A stretch of 64,000 nucleotides of DNA from positions 3,616,001 to 3,680,000 of the forward strand of contig OZ246001.1 in assembly GCA_965230295.1 (NCBI GenBank). Direction: 5' to 3'. Positions 1 to 9,456 of the stretch are shown piece by piece (position 1 is the first letter of the stretch; the number at the start of each line of letters is the position of its first letter). This DNA is from Marinicella sp. Its GTDB lineage: Bacteria; Pseudomonadota; Gammaproteobacteria; Xanthomonadales; Marinicellaceae. A program made the position numbers and the translations under genes. The notes beneath the pieces are model-generated. The model did not search any database. It was given only the letters and a program-made list of their open reading frames with translations, and was not told the DNA's origin.

Positions 1-219
1 GCCAATGCCAGCCCTGAAGGTCATTTGTATGGTTCTGTTGGACCACGCGAAATTTCAGACAAGCTGACAGAAAGCGGTTACCCAGTTGATCCAAGTGAAG
101 TGATTCAATCAGAAGGTGCTTTCAAAGATGTGGGTGAGTATCAAGTTAAATTGATCTTACACGCAGATGTTGAAGCTGAATTCACTTTGACTGTTGATGC
201 GGAAACTGAGGAAGCCTAA
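1..219 (+). CDS. rplI: 50S ribosomal protein L9, C-terminal part (5' truncated by window)
   Basis: Frame open from base 1: ANASPEGHLYGSVGPREI...GEYQVKLILHADV matches the L9 C-domain; lies directly upstream of dnaB. Confidence 0.95.
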   Translation, partial: ANASPEGHLYGSVGPREISDKLTESGYPVDPSEVIQSEGAFKDVGEYQVKLILHADVEAEFTLTVDAETEEA

Positions 220-252
220 GCCTTAAGTTTCACAGCAACATAAAAAAGATTT

Positions 253-289
253 AAGCCGATTATGATTTTACTTGTAATCGGCTTTTTTT
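253..289 (+). terminator. Rho-independent terminator after rplI
   Basis: AAGCCGATTA (253-262) / TAATCGGCTT (275-284) inverted repeat running into a T-tract. Confidence 0.8.
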
Positions 290-302
290 ATGTTCAAAAT
301 GA

Positions 303-1739
303 ATGTCCCAAAATGATCCTGAAAAAGCAGAAATAAAGATGAATGACATGCGCCCGGTCAGAGCACATAACGACAGCATAGAAAACCTAAAAATACCTCC
401 TCATGCAGTGGAAGCTGAAAAAGCGGTGTTGGGAGGTTTGTTGTTGGTGGCCAGTGCCTGGGACAAAATTGCCAGTAAGTTAGCAGCTGAAGATTTTTAT
501 CAAAAAAACCACCAACATATCTTCAAAGCCATCGCATTCATCAATGAAAATCAACAAGCCTGTGATGTGGTTACTGTCAGTGACTGGTTAGAAGCCCACA
601 GCTTGACTGAAAAATCAGGTGGTTTGGATTATTTGGCTGAGTTGGCGGCCAACACACCTGGTGCGTCGAATGTAGAAGCTTATGCCAAAATCGTTCGGGA
701 AAAATCTGTGCTGAGGCAGCTGATTCAAATCGGAAACGAATTGGCAGAAAAAGCCTTCAATCCGGAAGCACAAACCGCTGATGAGTTGATTGAAGAGGCG
801 GAAAAACTGGTTTTTCAAATACGTGAACAAACCCTCAAATCACAATCTGGTTTCCATGACATCAAGGAAGTTTTGAAAGAAACCATAGAGAATCTGGAAG
901 TGTTGGCGGAAAGTGATGGAGACATCACTGGTCTGCCATATGGCTGGGTTGATCTGGACAAAAAAACGGCAGGTTTGCAGCGATCAGACCTGATTATTGT
1001 GGCGGGTAGGCCGGCCATGGGTAAAACTTCATTTGCAATGAACATCGCCGAACGTGCAGCCATAACTGGCTCATCTGTTGCGATATTCAGTATGGAGATG
1101 GCCGCCCATCAGTTGGTGATGCGCATGTTCTCATCACTGTCACAAATCAACCAGGCTGACTTGAAACGCGGTAAACTCAAAGACAATGATTGGCCAAAAC
1201 TGGGACAAAGCAGTGCCTTGTTGAGCCAATCAAAATTGTTTATAGATGATCAGCCGGCATTAAGCCCCAATGAAATCATGTCACGTTGTCGTCGCTTGAA
1301 GAATCGCCATGGGTTGGATTTGATTGTGATCGATTACCTGCAGTTGATGCAGGTCAAAGGCAAAGTCGAAAACCGTGCCAATGAAATTTCAGAAATATCT
1401 AGAAACCTCAAAGCCATGGCCAAAGAGTTGGATGTGCCTGTGATTGCCTTGTCTCAATTGAATCGTTCATTGGAGCAGCGACCCAACAAACGTCCTGTGA
1501 TGTCCGATTTGCGTGAATCAGGAGCCATTGAACAAGATGCCGATTTGATCATCTTTATCTATCGTGATGAAGTTTATAACCCCGATTCTCAAGATAAAGG
1601 CAAAGCTGAAATCATCCTTGGTAAACACCGAAACGGTTCGATTGGTAAAATCGATTTAACCTTCAGGGGGCAGTTCACTCGATTTGACAATTATGAAAAT
1701 GACATCATGCTAGAAGACCCGGGTGCTGACTTTCACTAG
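303..1739 (+). CDS. dnaB: Replicative DNA helicase
   Basis: PPHAVEAEKAVLGGL N-terminus, Walker A GRPAMGKT, IDYLQLM, SDLRESGAIEQDAD; no intein. Confidence 0.98.
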   Translation: MSQNDPEKAEIKMNDMRPVRAHNDSIENLKIPPHAVEAEKAVLGGLLLVASAWDKIASKLAAEDFYQKNHQHIFKAIAFINENQQACDVVTVSDWLEAHSLTEKSGGLDYLAELAANTPGASNVEAYAKIVREKSVLRQLIQIGNELAEKAFNPEAQTADELIEEAEKLVFQIREQTLKSQSGFHDIKEVLKETIENLEVLAESDGDITGLPYGWVDLDKKTAGLQRSDLIIVAGRPAMGKTSFAMNIAERAAITGSSVAIFSMEMAAHQLVMRMFSSLSQINQADLKRGKLKDNDWPKLGQSSALLSQSKLFIDDQPALSPNEIMSRCRRLKNRHGLDLIVIDYLQLMQVKGKVENRANEISEISRNLKAMAKELDVPVIALSQLNRSLEQRPNKRPVMSDLRESGAIEQDADLIIFIYRDEVYNPDSQDKGKAEIILGKHRNGSIGKIDLTFRGQFTRFDNYENDIMLEDPGADFH

Positions 1740-1742
1740 ATT

Positions 1743-2819
1743 ATGCACAGAGAACGAGGCACCAAGGCCAGCATCAACACCCAACACGTTAAGGATAACC
1801 TCGACGTCTTCAAACAACTCCACCCTGGAAAAATAATAGCCGTGGTCAAAGCAGATGCTTATGGACATGGCTTAGAACGTGTGGTTCCCGCACTACAAGC
1901 CTGTGATGCTTTTGCGGTGGCCACCATTGATGAAGCCTTGGAATTGCGTTATCTTGATGCCAGTAAGAGGATCATCCTACTGGAAGGTGTATTCAATGAG
2001 TTTGAAATGCAAGCAGCCGTTAACCACAGTTTTGATGTGGTTTTACATCAGGACTATCAGCTCGATCTGTTAGCTGGCATGGATGAACCAAAGACGGTTG
2101 ATGTGTGGTTGAAGATAGATTCGGGCATGAACCGTTTGGGGTTTAAACCGGATGAAGCAGAAGGAAAGATCACTCAAATGATTTCCATGACTGCGGTCAA
2201 TGAAATCAGGTTGATGTCTCATTTTGCCTCTTCTGATGATGTGGGTTGTCAACAGACAATAAACCAGCAGGGCATCAATGAATGGCTCATAGACAAAGGT
2301 TATGAATATTCATTGAGTAACACCGGTGCGGTACTCAACCACTTGTCTGACATCCATGAATGGGCCAGGGTTGGTATAGGCTTGTATGGTATTTCACCGC
2401 TGAACGACACCAAATGGGCATCAGACTTTGGTTTGAAACCGGCGATGCGACTCACCGCTAAAATCATAGCCAGTAAACACATCTCAGCAGGCAGCTTGGT
2501 TGGGTATGGTGGACAGTTCAAAGCTGATACTGACATGCGTATCGGGATAGTCGGCATTGGCTATGCCGATGGCTATCCTTGGTCAGAACACAGCAGCAGG
2601 GTGGTCGTTGATGGTCAAACCGTCAATGTATTGGGCCGGGTTTCCATGGACATGATTGCCATAGATCTGACCGGGTTTGAGCAGGAAATGACCGGTTCAG
2701 AGGTCGTCATTTGGGGTGATGAATTGCCCATTGAACGGGTGGCCAGCGATCTTAAAATGATTCCTTACGCACTTACTTGTGGTATTACCAAACGTGTAAA
2801 ATTTTATGATATTCAGTAA
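1743..2819 (+). CDS. alr: Alanine racemase
   Basis: AVVKADAYGHG PLP-lysine motif, KIDSGMNRLG, GYADG, GRVSMD; follows dnaB. Confidence 0.97.
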   Translation: MHRERGTKASINTQHVKDNLDVFKQLHPGKIIAVVKADAYGHGLERVVPALQACDAFAVATIDEALELRYLDASKRIILLEGVFNEFEMQAAVNHSFDVVLHQDYQLDLLAGMDEPKTVDVWLKIDSGMNRLGFKPDEAEGKITQMISMTAVNEIRLMSHFASSDDVGCQQTINQQGINEWLIDKGYEYSLSNTGAVLNHLSDIHEWARVGIGLYGISPLNDTKWASDFGLKPAMRLTAKIIASKHISAGSLVGYGGQFKADTDMRIGIVGIGYADGYPWSEHSSRVVVDGQTVNVLGRVSMDMIAIDLTGFEQEMTGSEVVIWGDELPIERVASDLKMIPYALTCGITKRVKFYDIQ

Positions 2820-4083
2820 CATAGTCAACTATTTTAAGAAACAAGTTGAGCCTAAAGAGTGGCCAGTATTGATCTGGTCCTTCTTGTATTTTGTTTTTCT
2901 GTTAGCTGGTTATTTTATTCTAAGGCCCATTCGTGAAGAAATGGGGGTCACGGCCGGCCCTGAAAATTATGGTTGGTTGTTTCTTTCAACTTTCATAACC
3001 ATGCTGCTGTTGCAACCTTTTTATGGCAAGGTGGTTTCAACTTATTCAAGAAAGCAATTCATCCCGATCATTTATGGTTTTTTCGGCTTGATGATTCTGA
3101 TTATCTGGTCTTTGTTTCACCTGATAGGGACAGAAAGTGTTTACTTGGCAAGGTTCTTTTTTGTATTTGTCAGTGTCTATAATTTATTTGTCGTTTCTAT
3201 TTTTTGGAGCTTCATGGCAGATGTCTACACCAAGGCACAGGGTAAACGACTGTTTGGTGTGATAGCTGCTGGAGGAAGTACAGGTGGCATTTTAGGCAGT
3301 GAATTAACCAGTTATCTGGTCTATCAGGTGGGTACCATTAATTTGTTATTGGTGTCATTAATATTTTTGATGGTTTGTATATTCATTGTATTCAAAGTCA
3401 GAAAATTTGCCACAGATTCATCCATTAACACAGGGGCACCTTTGGGTGGCAGTCCAATTGAAGGCATGAAGTTATTATTGGATTCAAAGTTTCTTCGTCA
3501 AATTGCATTGATGGTGGTAATTTCAGTCATTATTGGATCTATTTTTTACTATTTACAAGGTGAGTATGTAAGGCAATTTTTTCCAGAAAGAGATCAAAGG
3601 ACTGATATTTTTGCAACAATTAACAAATACACCAATTACCTCACATTGTTGTTTCAATTGGTACTAACTCCTTGGTTGTTGCAGAAGTTCAAAATTCACA
3701 ACATCCTGGGGATTTATCCAACCATGATGATTTTGGCCTTGTTAATGTTTGGCTTAATGCCCGTTTTGTATGTGGTTTTGGGTGCCATAATTTTCCAGCG
3801 CAGTGGCGCTTATGGCATCATGAAACCACCCACAGATTGGCTGTTCACCGGTTTACCGGACAACATGAAATATAAGTTTAAGAATTTTCTCGATACGGTG
3901 GTATATCGCGGAGGTGATGTTTTCGCCCAATTGTTTTTCGTCAAAACGGTGGTAACCTTCTCAAAAGACCTGAGGGTTCTGGCTTTATTGGGCGCTCTAC
4001 TATGCTTGGTTTGGTTATGGAATGCCGTCAGTGTAGGCCGTTTAGCCATGTCAACATTTGAAAAATACAAGCATGATTCCTAA
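2806..4083 (+). CDS. MFS transporter, NTP/NDP exchange (TLC/NTT-like) family
   Basis: About 12 hydrophobic segments; YFILRPIRE, FWSFMADVY..QGKRLFGVIAAG and KYKFKNFLDTVVYRGGD motifs. Confidence 0.8.
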   Translation: MIFSNIVNYFKKQVEPKEWPVLIWSFLYFVFLLAGYFILRPIREEMGVTAGPENYGWLFLSTFITMLLLQPFYGKVVSTYSRKQFIPIIYGFFGLMILIIWSLFHLIGTESVYLARFFFVFVSVYNLFVVSIFWSFMADVYTKAQGKRLFGVIAAGGSTGGILGSELTSYLVYQVGTINLLLVSLIFLMVCIFIVFKVRKFATDSSINTGAPLGGSPIEGMKLLLDSKFLRQIALMVVISVIIGSIFYYLQGEYVRQFFPERDQRTDIFATINKYTNYLTLLFQLVLTPWLLQKFKIHNILGIYPTMMILALLMFGLMPVLYVVLGAIIFQRSGAYGIMKPPTDWLFTGLPDNMKYKFKNFLDTVVYRGGDVFAQLFFVKTVVTFSKDLRVLALLGALLCLVWLWNAVSVGRLAMSTFEKYKHDS

Positions 4084-4275
4084 CCAGCCACAGCACTAAA
4101 AACACAACAAAAAACTGTTAATTTTCATTGATTTATAGTATAAAAATTAAGGGTGTGTTTGGGCCTATCTCATCAACTCTGTTGTACATATATGTCAATT
4201 CACCTAACAATATAATTCCTTTACTCAAATCAATCATTTTCCTGCGGGGACATGTTAAATACACGGAGATGATGT

Positions 4276-7137
4276 ATGAAAATTAAATCGCTCAAGGGGA
4301 TGGCCTCTTGTTTATTGATGGCTGTGTCAGTTCAGTCTTTTGCTGATGAAACCATCATGACCAACAATCGACTCAGTGCACCAGCCAAAGTTTATTACAA
4401 CGATTCACAAATACCCAGTGTCACAGCTGCAACCGAAGAAGATGCTGCTTTTGTTATGGGGTATTTGCATGCCAAAGACCGATTGTTTCAAATGGATTAC
4501 ACCAGAAAAATTGCCCAAGGCAAGTTGGCAGAATTGGTTGGTGTGGCAGCACTTTCTAATGACATTCAATTCAGAACCATTGGTTTTGAGCGGGCGGCAA
4601 GGCGATCACTGCCTGTGATGTCGGCCAAAACCCAAGGCATGTTAAAGGCTTATGCTGATGGTGTGAATGCATGGTTAGATAACAATGATTTACCGATTGA
4701 GTATGCAGGTTTGGAAGTCACCAGTATTGACCGTTGGTTACCGATCCATTCTGTAGCCATTGCCAAGTTGATTGCCTTTGACTTATCCAATGATTTACAG
4801 GAGATTGATAACACCATCACCATTGGAACATTTCAACAGGTAGGAGCTGCAGCAGGATTTGACGGTACGGCGTTGTTCTTTGAAGACCTCTACCGGGCTG
4901 CACCGCCTGATGATCGAGTCAGTGTTCCAGGATTTTTAGGCTCCATTGGCGGATTGGGAAAATCACAAAGTGATTTACCAAAGTCTGTGGGTGATTTCAC
5001 CATGGATTTGTCTGATGTTGAAATGAATTTATTGCATGAGATCAAAGCCAATTGGGAAAGTTCGCCAGTGATTAAATCACTGAAGAATGATGGTAATTTT
5101 GATAAAGGCTCCAATGTATGGGTCATTGCAGGTGACAAATCAGACAGCGGTTCTCCCTTGATAGCCAACGACCCACACTTAAGCTTGGGTTACCCGTCTA
5201 CGTTTTACCCCATGCACATGGCCGCTGACACTGGATTGAATATTGCAGGTGTGGGTTTTCCGGGTGCACCTGTGACAGCACAAGGCTGCAATGAAAACCT
5301 CTGCTGGGGCAGTACTGTTCATCCGGTGGATGAAACAGACTTCTTTTTCGAGTCGCTGAAAACCAACTCTTTTGGTATTCCAACCCACACAGTTTATCAA
5401 GGGCAGGATGAGCCCATTGTCTGGGTCTTTCAAACTTACAATGCCAATGTCATTGGTGATGGTGTGATGAACAACACCGAAAGACAAGAAGTGGGGTATA
5501 CACAAGGTGGCCTGACTTATTTGGTACCTCGCCGAAACTTTGGCCCGATTTTGAGTGTAGATACGGCCAATGCCCAAGCCGTTACCATGCAATATACTGG
5601 ATTTGGCCCAACCAAAGAAATTGAAGCGTTCTTTGAAATGGCCAGAGCTGCCAATATCGATGAATTCAAAACAGCTTTAACCAAGTTTGATGTGGGTTCT
5701 CAAAACTTTGGTGTGGTTGATCGGGATGGTAACATTGGTTATTTCACCGGTGCAGAAGTGCCGATTCGTGAAGACTTACAACTGATGATGCAACCTGATG
5801 GTTCGCCACCCATGTTCATTCGTGATGGAACGGGCACACAAATGAATGAGTGGATGACCCTCACCAATCCTGATTTGAACCAAGCAACACCCTACGAAGT
5901 CATACCATTTGATGAAATGCCGTTCAGTGTCAATCCAGACAGTGGTTATGTGGCCAATGCCAACAACGACCCCATCGGCGTATCTATTGACAACAATGTG
6001 CTGAATCAAGTCAGGCCTGGAGGTGGTTTGTATTACATTTCTCAAGGCGGGTATTCAGCTTACCGCCAAGGGCGTTTGGATCGCTTGATACAAGATGACT
6101 TGGCCAATGGCGTTCGCTTGAACAGCCAACGCATGAAAGAGTACCAGGCCAACAATCAATTGTTAGATGCTGAGCTGATCATGCCCCACATCCTGAATGC
6201 AGTCAGCCGGGCCTCAGACATTGGAGCTTGGCCAGGTATTGCCCAATTCTTGGGAGATCCACGCGTTGTGGAGGCAACCGGTTATTTCGGAACCTGGGAT
6301 TTCAGTACCCCAACAGGATTAACAGAGGGTTATGATCCGTTTGAAAATCCATTCTTCCTGTCACCGCCCACTGATACAGAAATTCGCCATTCTGTGGCAG
6401 CCAGTATCTATTCTGTGTGGCGTGCCAGGGTGATCAACAATACCATAGACCTTACATTAGCTGGGATCGATGATGCCATTGGCCAAAATGTCATGAGTGC
6501 CAATCGCCCAGGTAGCCGTTTTGCCATCAATGCGTTTCAGAACTTCCTGGATACTTTTGCAACCAATCAAGGTTATGGGGTATCAGGCATCAATTTCTTT
6601 ACCAATCCAGACGCCCCAACTCGTGAAGATGCCAGAGATTTTGTTTTATTGGCATCATTAAAAGAAGCACTTGATATGATGGCTGGAGATGGTTTCCAAG
6701 CGGCGTTCAACAACTCAAGTGATTTGGATGATTACCGCTGGGGTAAATTGCATCGCATCACTTTCTCTCACCCTTTGGGTGATTCCTTGTCAGTCCCCAA
6801 TGGCATGTTCGGTCTTTCTACAGTGGATGGCCTGGATGGTGTGGCGCGTTCGGGTGGTTACCAAGTTCTTGATGCATCTTCTCACAGCACGCGAGCCGAC
6901 AGCAGTGATGAATTCATGTTTGGCTCAGGTCCAGCCAGAAGATTCGTTGCCGAAGTGACTTCTCTGGGAATCATTGCTGAACAAATCATTCCAGGTGGTC
7001 AAAGTGGAGTGATCACTTCTGGCCCTAATTATGTGAATCAATTGGTGCTGTGGCTGGTCAATGGTTATTTACCATTGATTACTGACTTGGATACCATCAT
7101 TGCATTGGCCAATGAGGAATATGACTTTTTACCCTAA
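4276..7137 (+). CDS. Secreted penicillin acylase / Ntn-hydrolase (peptidase S45 family)
   Basis: Signal peptide; GYLHAKDRLFQMD; autoprocessing site GSNVWV; ANDPHL; PGGQSG. Confidence 0.92.
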   Translation: MKIKSLKGMASCLLMAVSVQSFADETIMTNNRLSAPAKVYYNDSQIPSVTAATEEDAAFVMGYLHAKDRLFQMDYTRKIAQGKLAELVGVAALSNDIQFRTIGFERAARRSLPVMSAKTQGMLKAYADGVNAWLDNNDLPIEYAGLEVTSIDRWLPIHSVAIAKLIAFDLSNDLQEIDNTITIGTFQQVGAAAGFDGTALFFEDLYRAAPPDDRVSVPGFLGSIGGLGKSQSDLPKSVGDFTMDLSDVEMNLLHEIKANWESSPVIKSLKNDGNFDKGSNVWVIAGDKSDSGSPLIANDPHLSLGYPSTFYPMHMAADTGLNIAGVGFPGAPVTAQGCNENLCWGSTVHPVDETDFFFESLKTNSFGIPTHTVYQGQDEPIVWVFQTYNANVIGDGVMNNTERQEVGYTQGGLTYLVPRRNFGPILSVDTANAQAVTMQYTGFGPTKEIEAFFEMARAANIDEFKTALTKFDVGSQNFGVVDRDGNIGYFTGAEVPIREDLQLMMQPDGSPPMFIRDGTGTQMNEWMTLTNPDLNQATPYEVIPFDEMPFSVNPDSGYVANANNDPIGVSIDNNVLNQVRPGGGLYYISQGGYSAYRQGRLDRLIQDDLANGVRLNSQRMKEYQANNQLLDAELIMPHILNAVSRASDIGAWPGIAQFLGDPRVVEATGYFGTWDFSTPTGLTEGYDPFENPFFLSPPTDTEIRHSVAASIYSVWRARVINNTIDLTLAGIDDAIGQNVMSANRPGSRFAINAFQNFLDTFATNQGYGVSGINFFTNPDAPTREDARDFVLLASLKEALDMMAGDGFQAAFNNSSDLDDYRWGKLHRITFSHPLGDSLSVPNGMFGLSTVDGLDGVARSGGYQVLDASSHSTRADSSDEFMFGSGPARRFVAEVTSLGIIAEQIIPGGQSGVITSGPNYVNQLVLWLVNGYLPLITDLDTIIALANEEYDFLP

Positions 7138-7158
7138 AGTCAGTCAATAACTGAAACT

Positions 7159-7187
7159 AAGCCCTGTTCATTTCAGGGCTTTTTTTT
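7159..7187 (+). terminator. Rho-independent terminator overlapping the stop of the convergent gene
   Basis: AAGCCCTG / CAGGGCTT hairpin followed by a T-tract. Confidence 0.7.
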
Positions 7188-7931
7188 GCGCCCCAAAACT
7201 TTTTTTATCTTGATGATTGAAGCACGCAAAGGCGTTCTGGGAATCTTCGGCGAATGATTGATCAATGAGTTGAATGTGGCTGGCTCAACATGAAGTTGAC
7301 CACCATGAGCCAACAACACCTGGTCAGGCTTGAGGTCTCGTATCTTTTGCAAAGAACGTTTGTATTTGTTGGGATGAAAAACCGGGAATGGGTGAATAAA
7401 CCTTTGACGTAATTTAATAAATAAATCAGCCACATAGATCATGTTCTTTTGGGGGTGCCAAATACTCAAGTCTCGGTCGGTATGTCCTGGCGTTTCTAAG
7501 ATTTGCCAGTCCTCAAAACCAGGTACCAAATCGCCTTCATTAAGCTTTAGGTTCGGTTTTAATTTTCTGGAAAAAGCGACATACTTATAGGGTTTGTTCA
7601 TTCTTCGACCCACATACAACGTTAACACCACATCAATCCAATGCATCAGCACCCCATTGACACCACGATACCAATGGTTGTCTTTATTGGCTGATGCTAT
7701 CTGGCAGCCAGTAATTTTTCTGAGTTTATGAGCGGCACCGGCATGATCCGGGTGCATGTGCGTCACCAGAATCAGTTTTAAATCTGACTTGTTGCGCTTC
7801 AGGTCTTGTTCAATGAAGTCAATGATTTGCCAAACATCAGCACGACAACAACCATCTAACAGCAACAAGCCATGTGTGTATTCGATCAAATAGATGGATT
7901 GGATGTAACCCGGTAGCTGATGCACTTTCAT
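7173..7931 (-). CDS. Metallo-beta-lactamase-fold hydrolase
   Basis: THMHPDHAG (HxHxDH), TPGHT and AHGG motifs; start placed at MKVHQ, giving an ATGA overlap with the upstream stop. Confidence 0.9.
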   Translation of the reverse strand: MKVHQLPGYIQSIYLIEYTHGLLLLDGCCRADVWQIIDFIEQDLKRNKSDLKLILVTHMHPDHAGAAHKLRKITGCQIASANKDNHWYRGVNGVLMHWIDVVLTLYVGRRMNKPYKYVAFSRKLKPNLKLNEGDLVPGFEDWQILETPGHTDRDLSIWHPQKNMIYVADLFIKLRQRFIHPFPVFHPNKYKRSLQKIRDLKPDQVLLAHGGQLHVEPATFNSLINHSPKIPRTPLRASIIKIKKVLGRKKKP

Positions 7932-8839
7932 GAGTCTGATACTTTCAACTGTTTGCGGATGTAGTGGCCAGCTTGTTGTAAGGCTTGTCTGGCTTGCTTG
8001 AATAAACTGGGTGAAAAATGAAACACATGCCACAGTTCAGGATAGGTCATCAACTTCACATGCACGCCTACCTGAATCGCTCGTTGTTTCAGTAGCAAAC
8101 TGTCATCTAACAGCACCTCATCAGTACCGACATGAATCAGCATCGGTGCAATGCCCTTATAATTTCGATCTGCTAAACAAGCTTGTTGCTTAGCTATTGG
8201 GTCTCGTAAGTAATTATCAGCCATTTGCATGCTCCAACCCTCATTGATAACAGGGTCTGATTTTAACTGGGTTCTGTGGCTGGCTGTATCGCGAGTCATA
8301 TTGACCAATGGAGAGATTAAAAACAAACAGCCAGGCTGCAGGGATGGTTGGTCTATAGACTTCAATGCCAGTGACAGGGCCAACCCACCACCCGCTGAAT
8401 CACCAGCCAGGGTGATATTGTGTGCAGGTATACCTTTAGCAACCAAAGCCATAAAGGCTGCTTCGGCATCTTCCAGTGCGGCAGGGAAAGGATGTTCTGG
8501 TGCCAAACGGTAATCAAGTGATAACACCGGCACACCCGAATATTTGGCCAGGTAGGCACACAAATCTCGGTGTGAACGAGGGGAGCCAATGCCATAGCCA
8601 CCACCGTGAAAATACAAAATCACATGATTGGTCGGATTGACACCCAAAGGATAAAACCACCAGGCTTTTCGATTGGCCAATTGACTTTTAACCACAGTGA
8701 TTGATTTGGGCAGAGGGGCATAGCCACCAACCAAGTTCAACCCCTTGCGCTGCAACCACAAGGGACATTTTTTGTTCATAAACAGGCCTGAGGTGAGTTT
8801 CACCAGCTTGCGCATGGTTTCTTTTGATAAATTGAACAT
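7928..8839 (-). CDS. Alpha/beta hydrolase, HSL-type esterase/lipase
   Basis: HGGGY, YRLAPEHPFPA, GDSAGG nucleophile motif, WHVF; start may extend to 8848. Confidence 0.92.
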   Translation of the reverse strand: MFNLSKETMRKLVKLTSGLFMNKKCPLWLQRKGLNLVGGYAPLPKSITVVKSQLANRKAWWFYPLGVNPTNHVILYFHGGGYGIGSPRSHRDLCAYLAKYSGVPVLSLDYRLAPEHPFPAALEDAEAAFMALVAKGIPAHNITLAGDSAGGGLALSLALKSIDQPSLQPGCLFLISPLVNMTRDTASHRTQLKSDPVINEGWSMQMADNYLRDPIAKQQACLADRNYKGIAPMLIHVGTDEVLLDDSLLLKQRAIQVGVHVKLMTYPELWHVFHFSPSLFKQARQALQQAGHYIRKQLKVSDS

Positions 8840-9021
8840 CGGTAACAATCGTGGGTTTCGACTGAATATTTTAGCTCAGCCAGATAAAGAAAATCAGTTT
8901 TCCATTCCAATAAACTTAAAATTCAGGCTTTTAATGGATGATATTTTGAAACTTATGTAAGTTATTCATGTCAATGGAGTTTTGTTGCTTTGTCATGCAC
9001 TTTGAGATAACATTCACAACC

Positions 9022-9375
9022 ATGAAGTATTCACTCATACAAAAATTGATGCTTATATTTTGTTTGGTCTTGCAAGGCTCTGTTGTCCAAGCCGATATTT
9101 GCAACATGCCTATGGATTCTTCTGTGTCTGAAGTGCGTGCATCTATGACTGATCACGGCAATCATGATATGACCATGAAAACTGATCAAACAGAACAGCA
9201 AAATTGTTGTTCTGAAAAATGTGAATGTGTGATGTTCTCATGCCAAATTGCATATTCTGTGAACCAAGGCTCTATCGTATATTTAATAGCCAAAACCCAA
9301 CTTTCAGATTTTTCTCATTCGTCCATTTTGATGGGCATCCACACATCAATATACCGCCCTCCCATTTTTACTTAA
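9022..9375 (+). CDS. Small exported Cys/Met/His-rich protein with C-terminal RPP motif (DUF2946/CopL-like)
   Basis: Signal peptide, MTDHGNHDMTM, CCSEKCECVMFSC, ends IYRPPIFT; first gene of the cus operon. Confidence 0.7.
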   Translation: MKYSLIQKLMLIFCLVLQGSVVQADICNMPMDSSVSEVRASMTDHGNHDMTMKTDQTEQQNCCSEKCECVMFSCQIAYSVNQGSIVYLIAKTQLSDFSHSSILMGIHTSIYRPPIFT

Positions 9376-9456
9376 GACAGGATAGTTGCGCCTGAATTTT
9401 ATGGCTTCTGGCCTTGTCAGGCTGCATTTTGTTGACAATAAAAATGAGATTTAATC

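Noticed and set aside
303-1739. Intein in DnaB
   Set aside because: The length of 478 aa is normal and the motifs are contiguous.
7932-8033. Long N-terminal extension of the MBL hydrolase, and similar extensions at 8968, 39241, 46034, 53855 and 60634
   Set aside because: They overlap neighbouring genes or operator sequences; downstream starts have better RBS or stop-start coupling.
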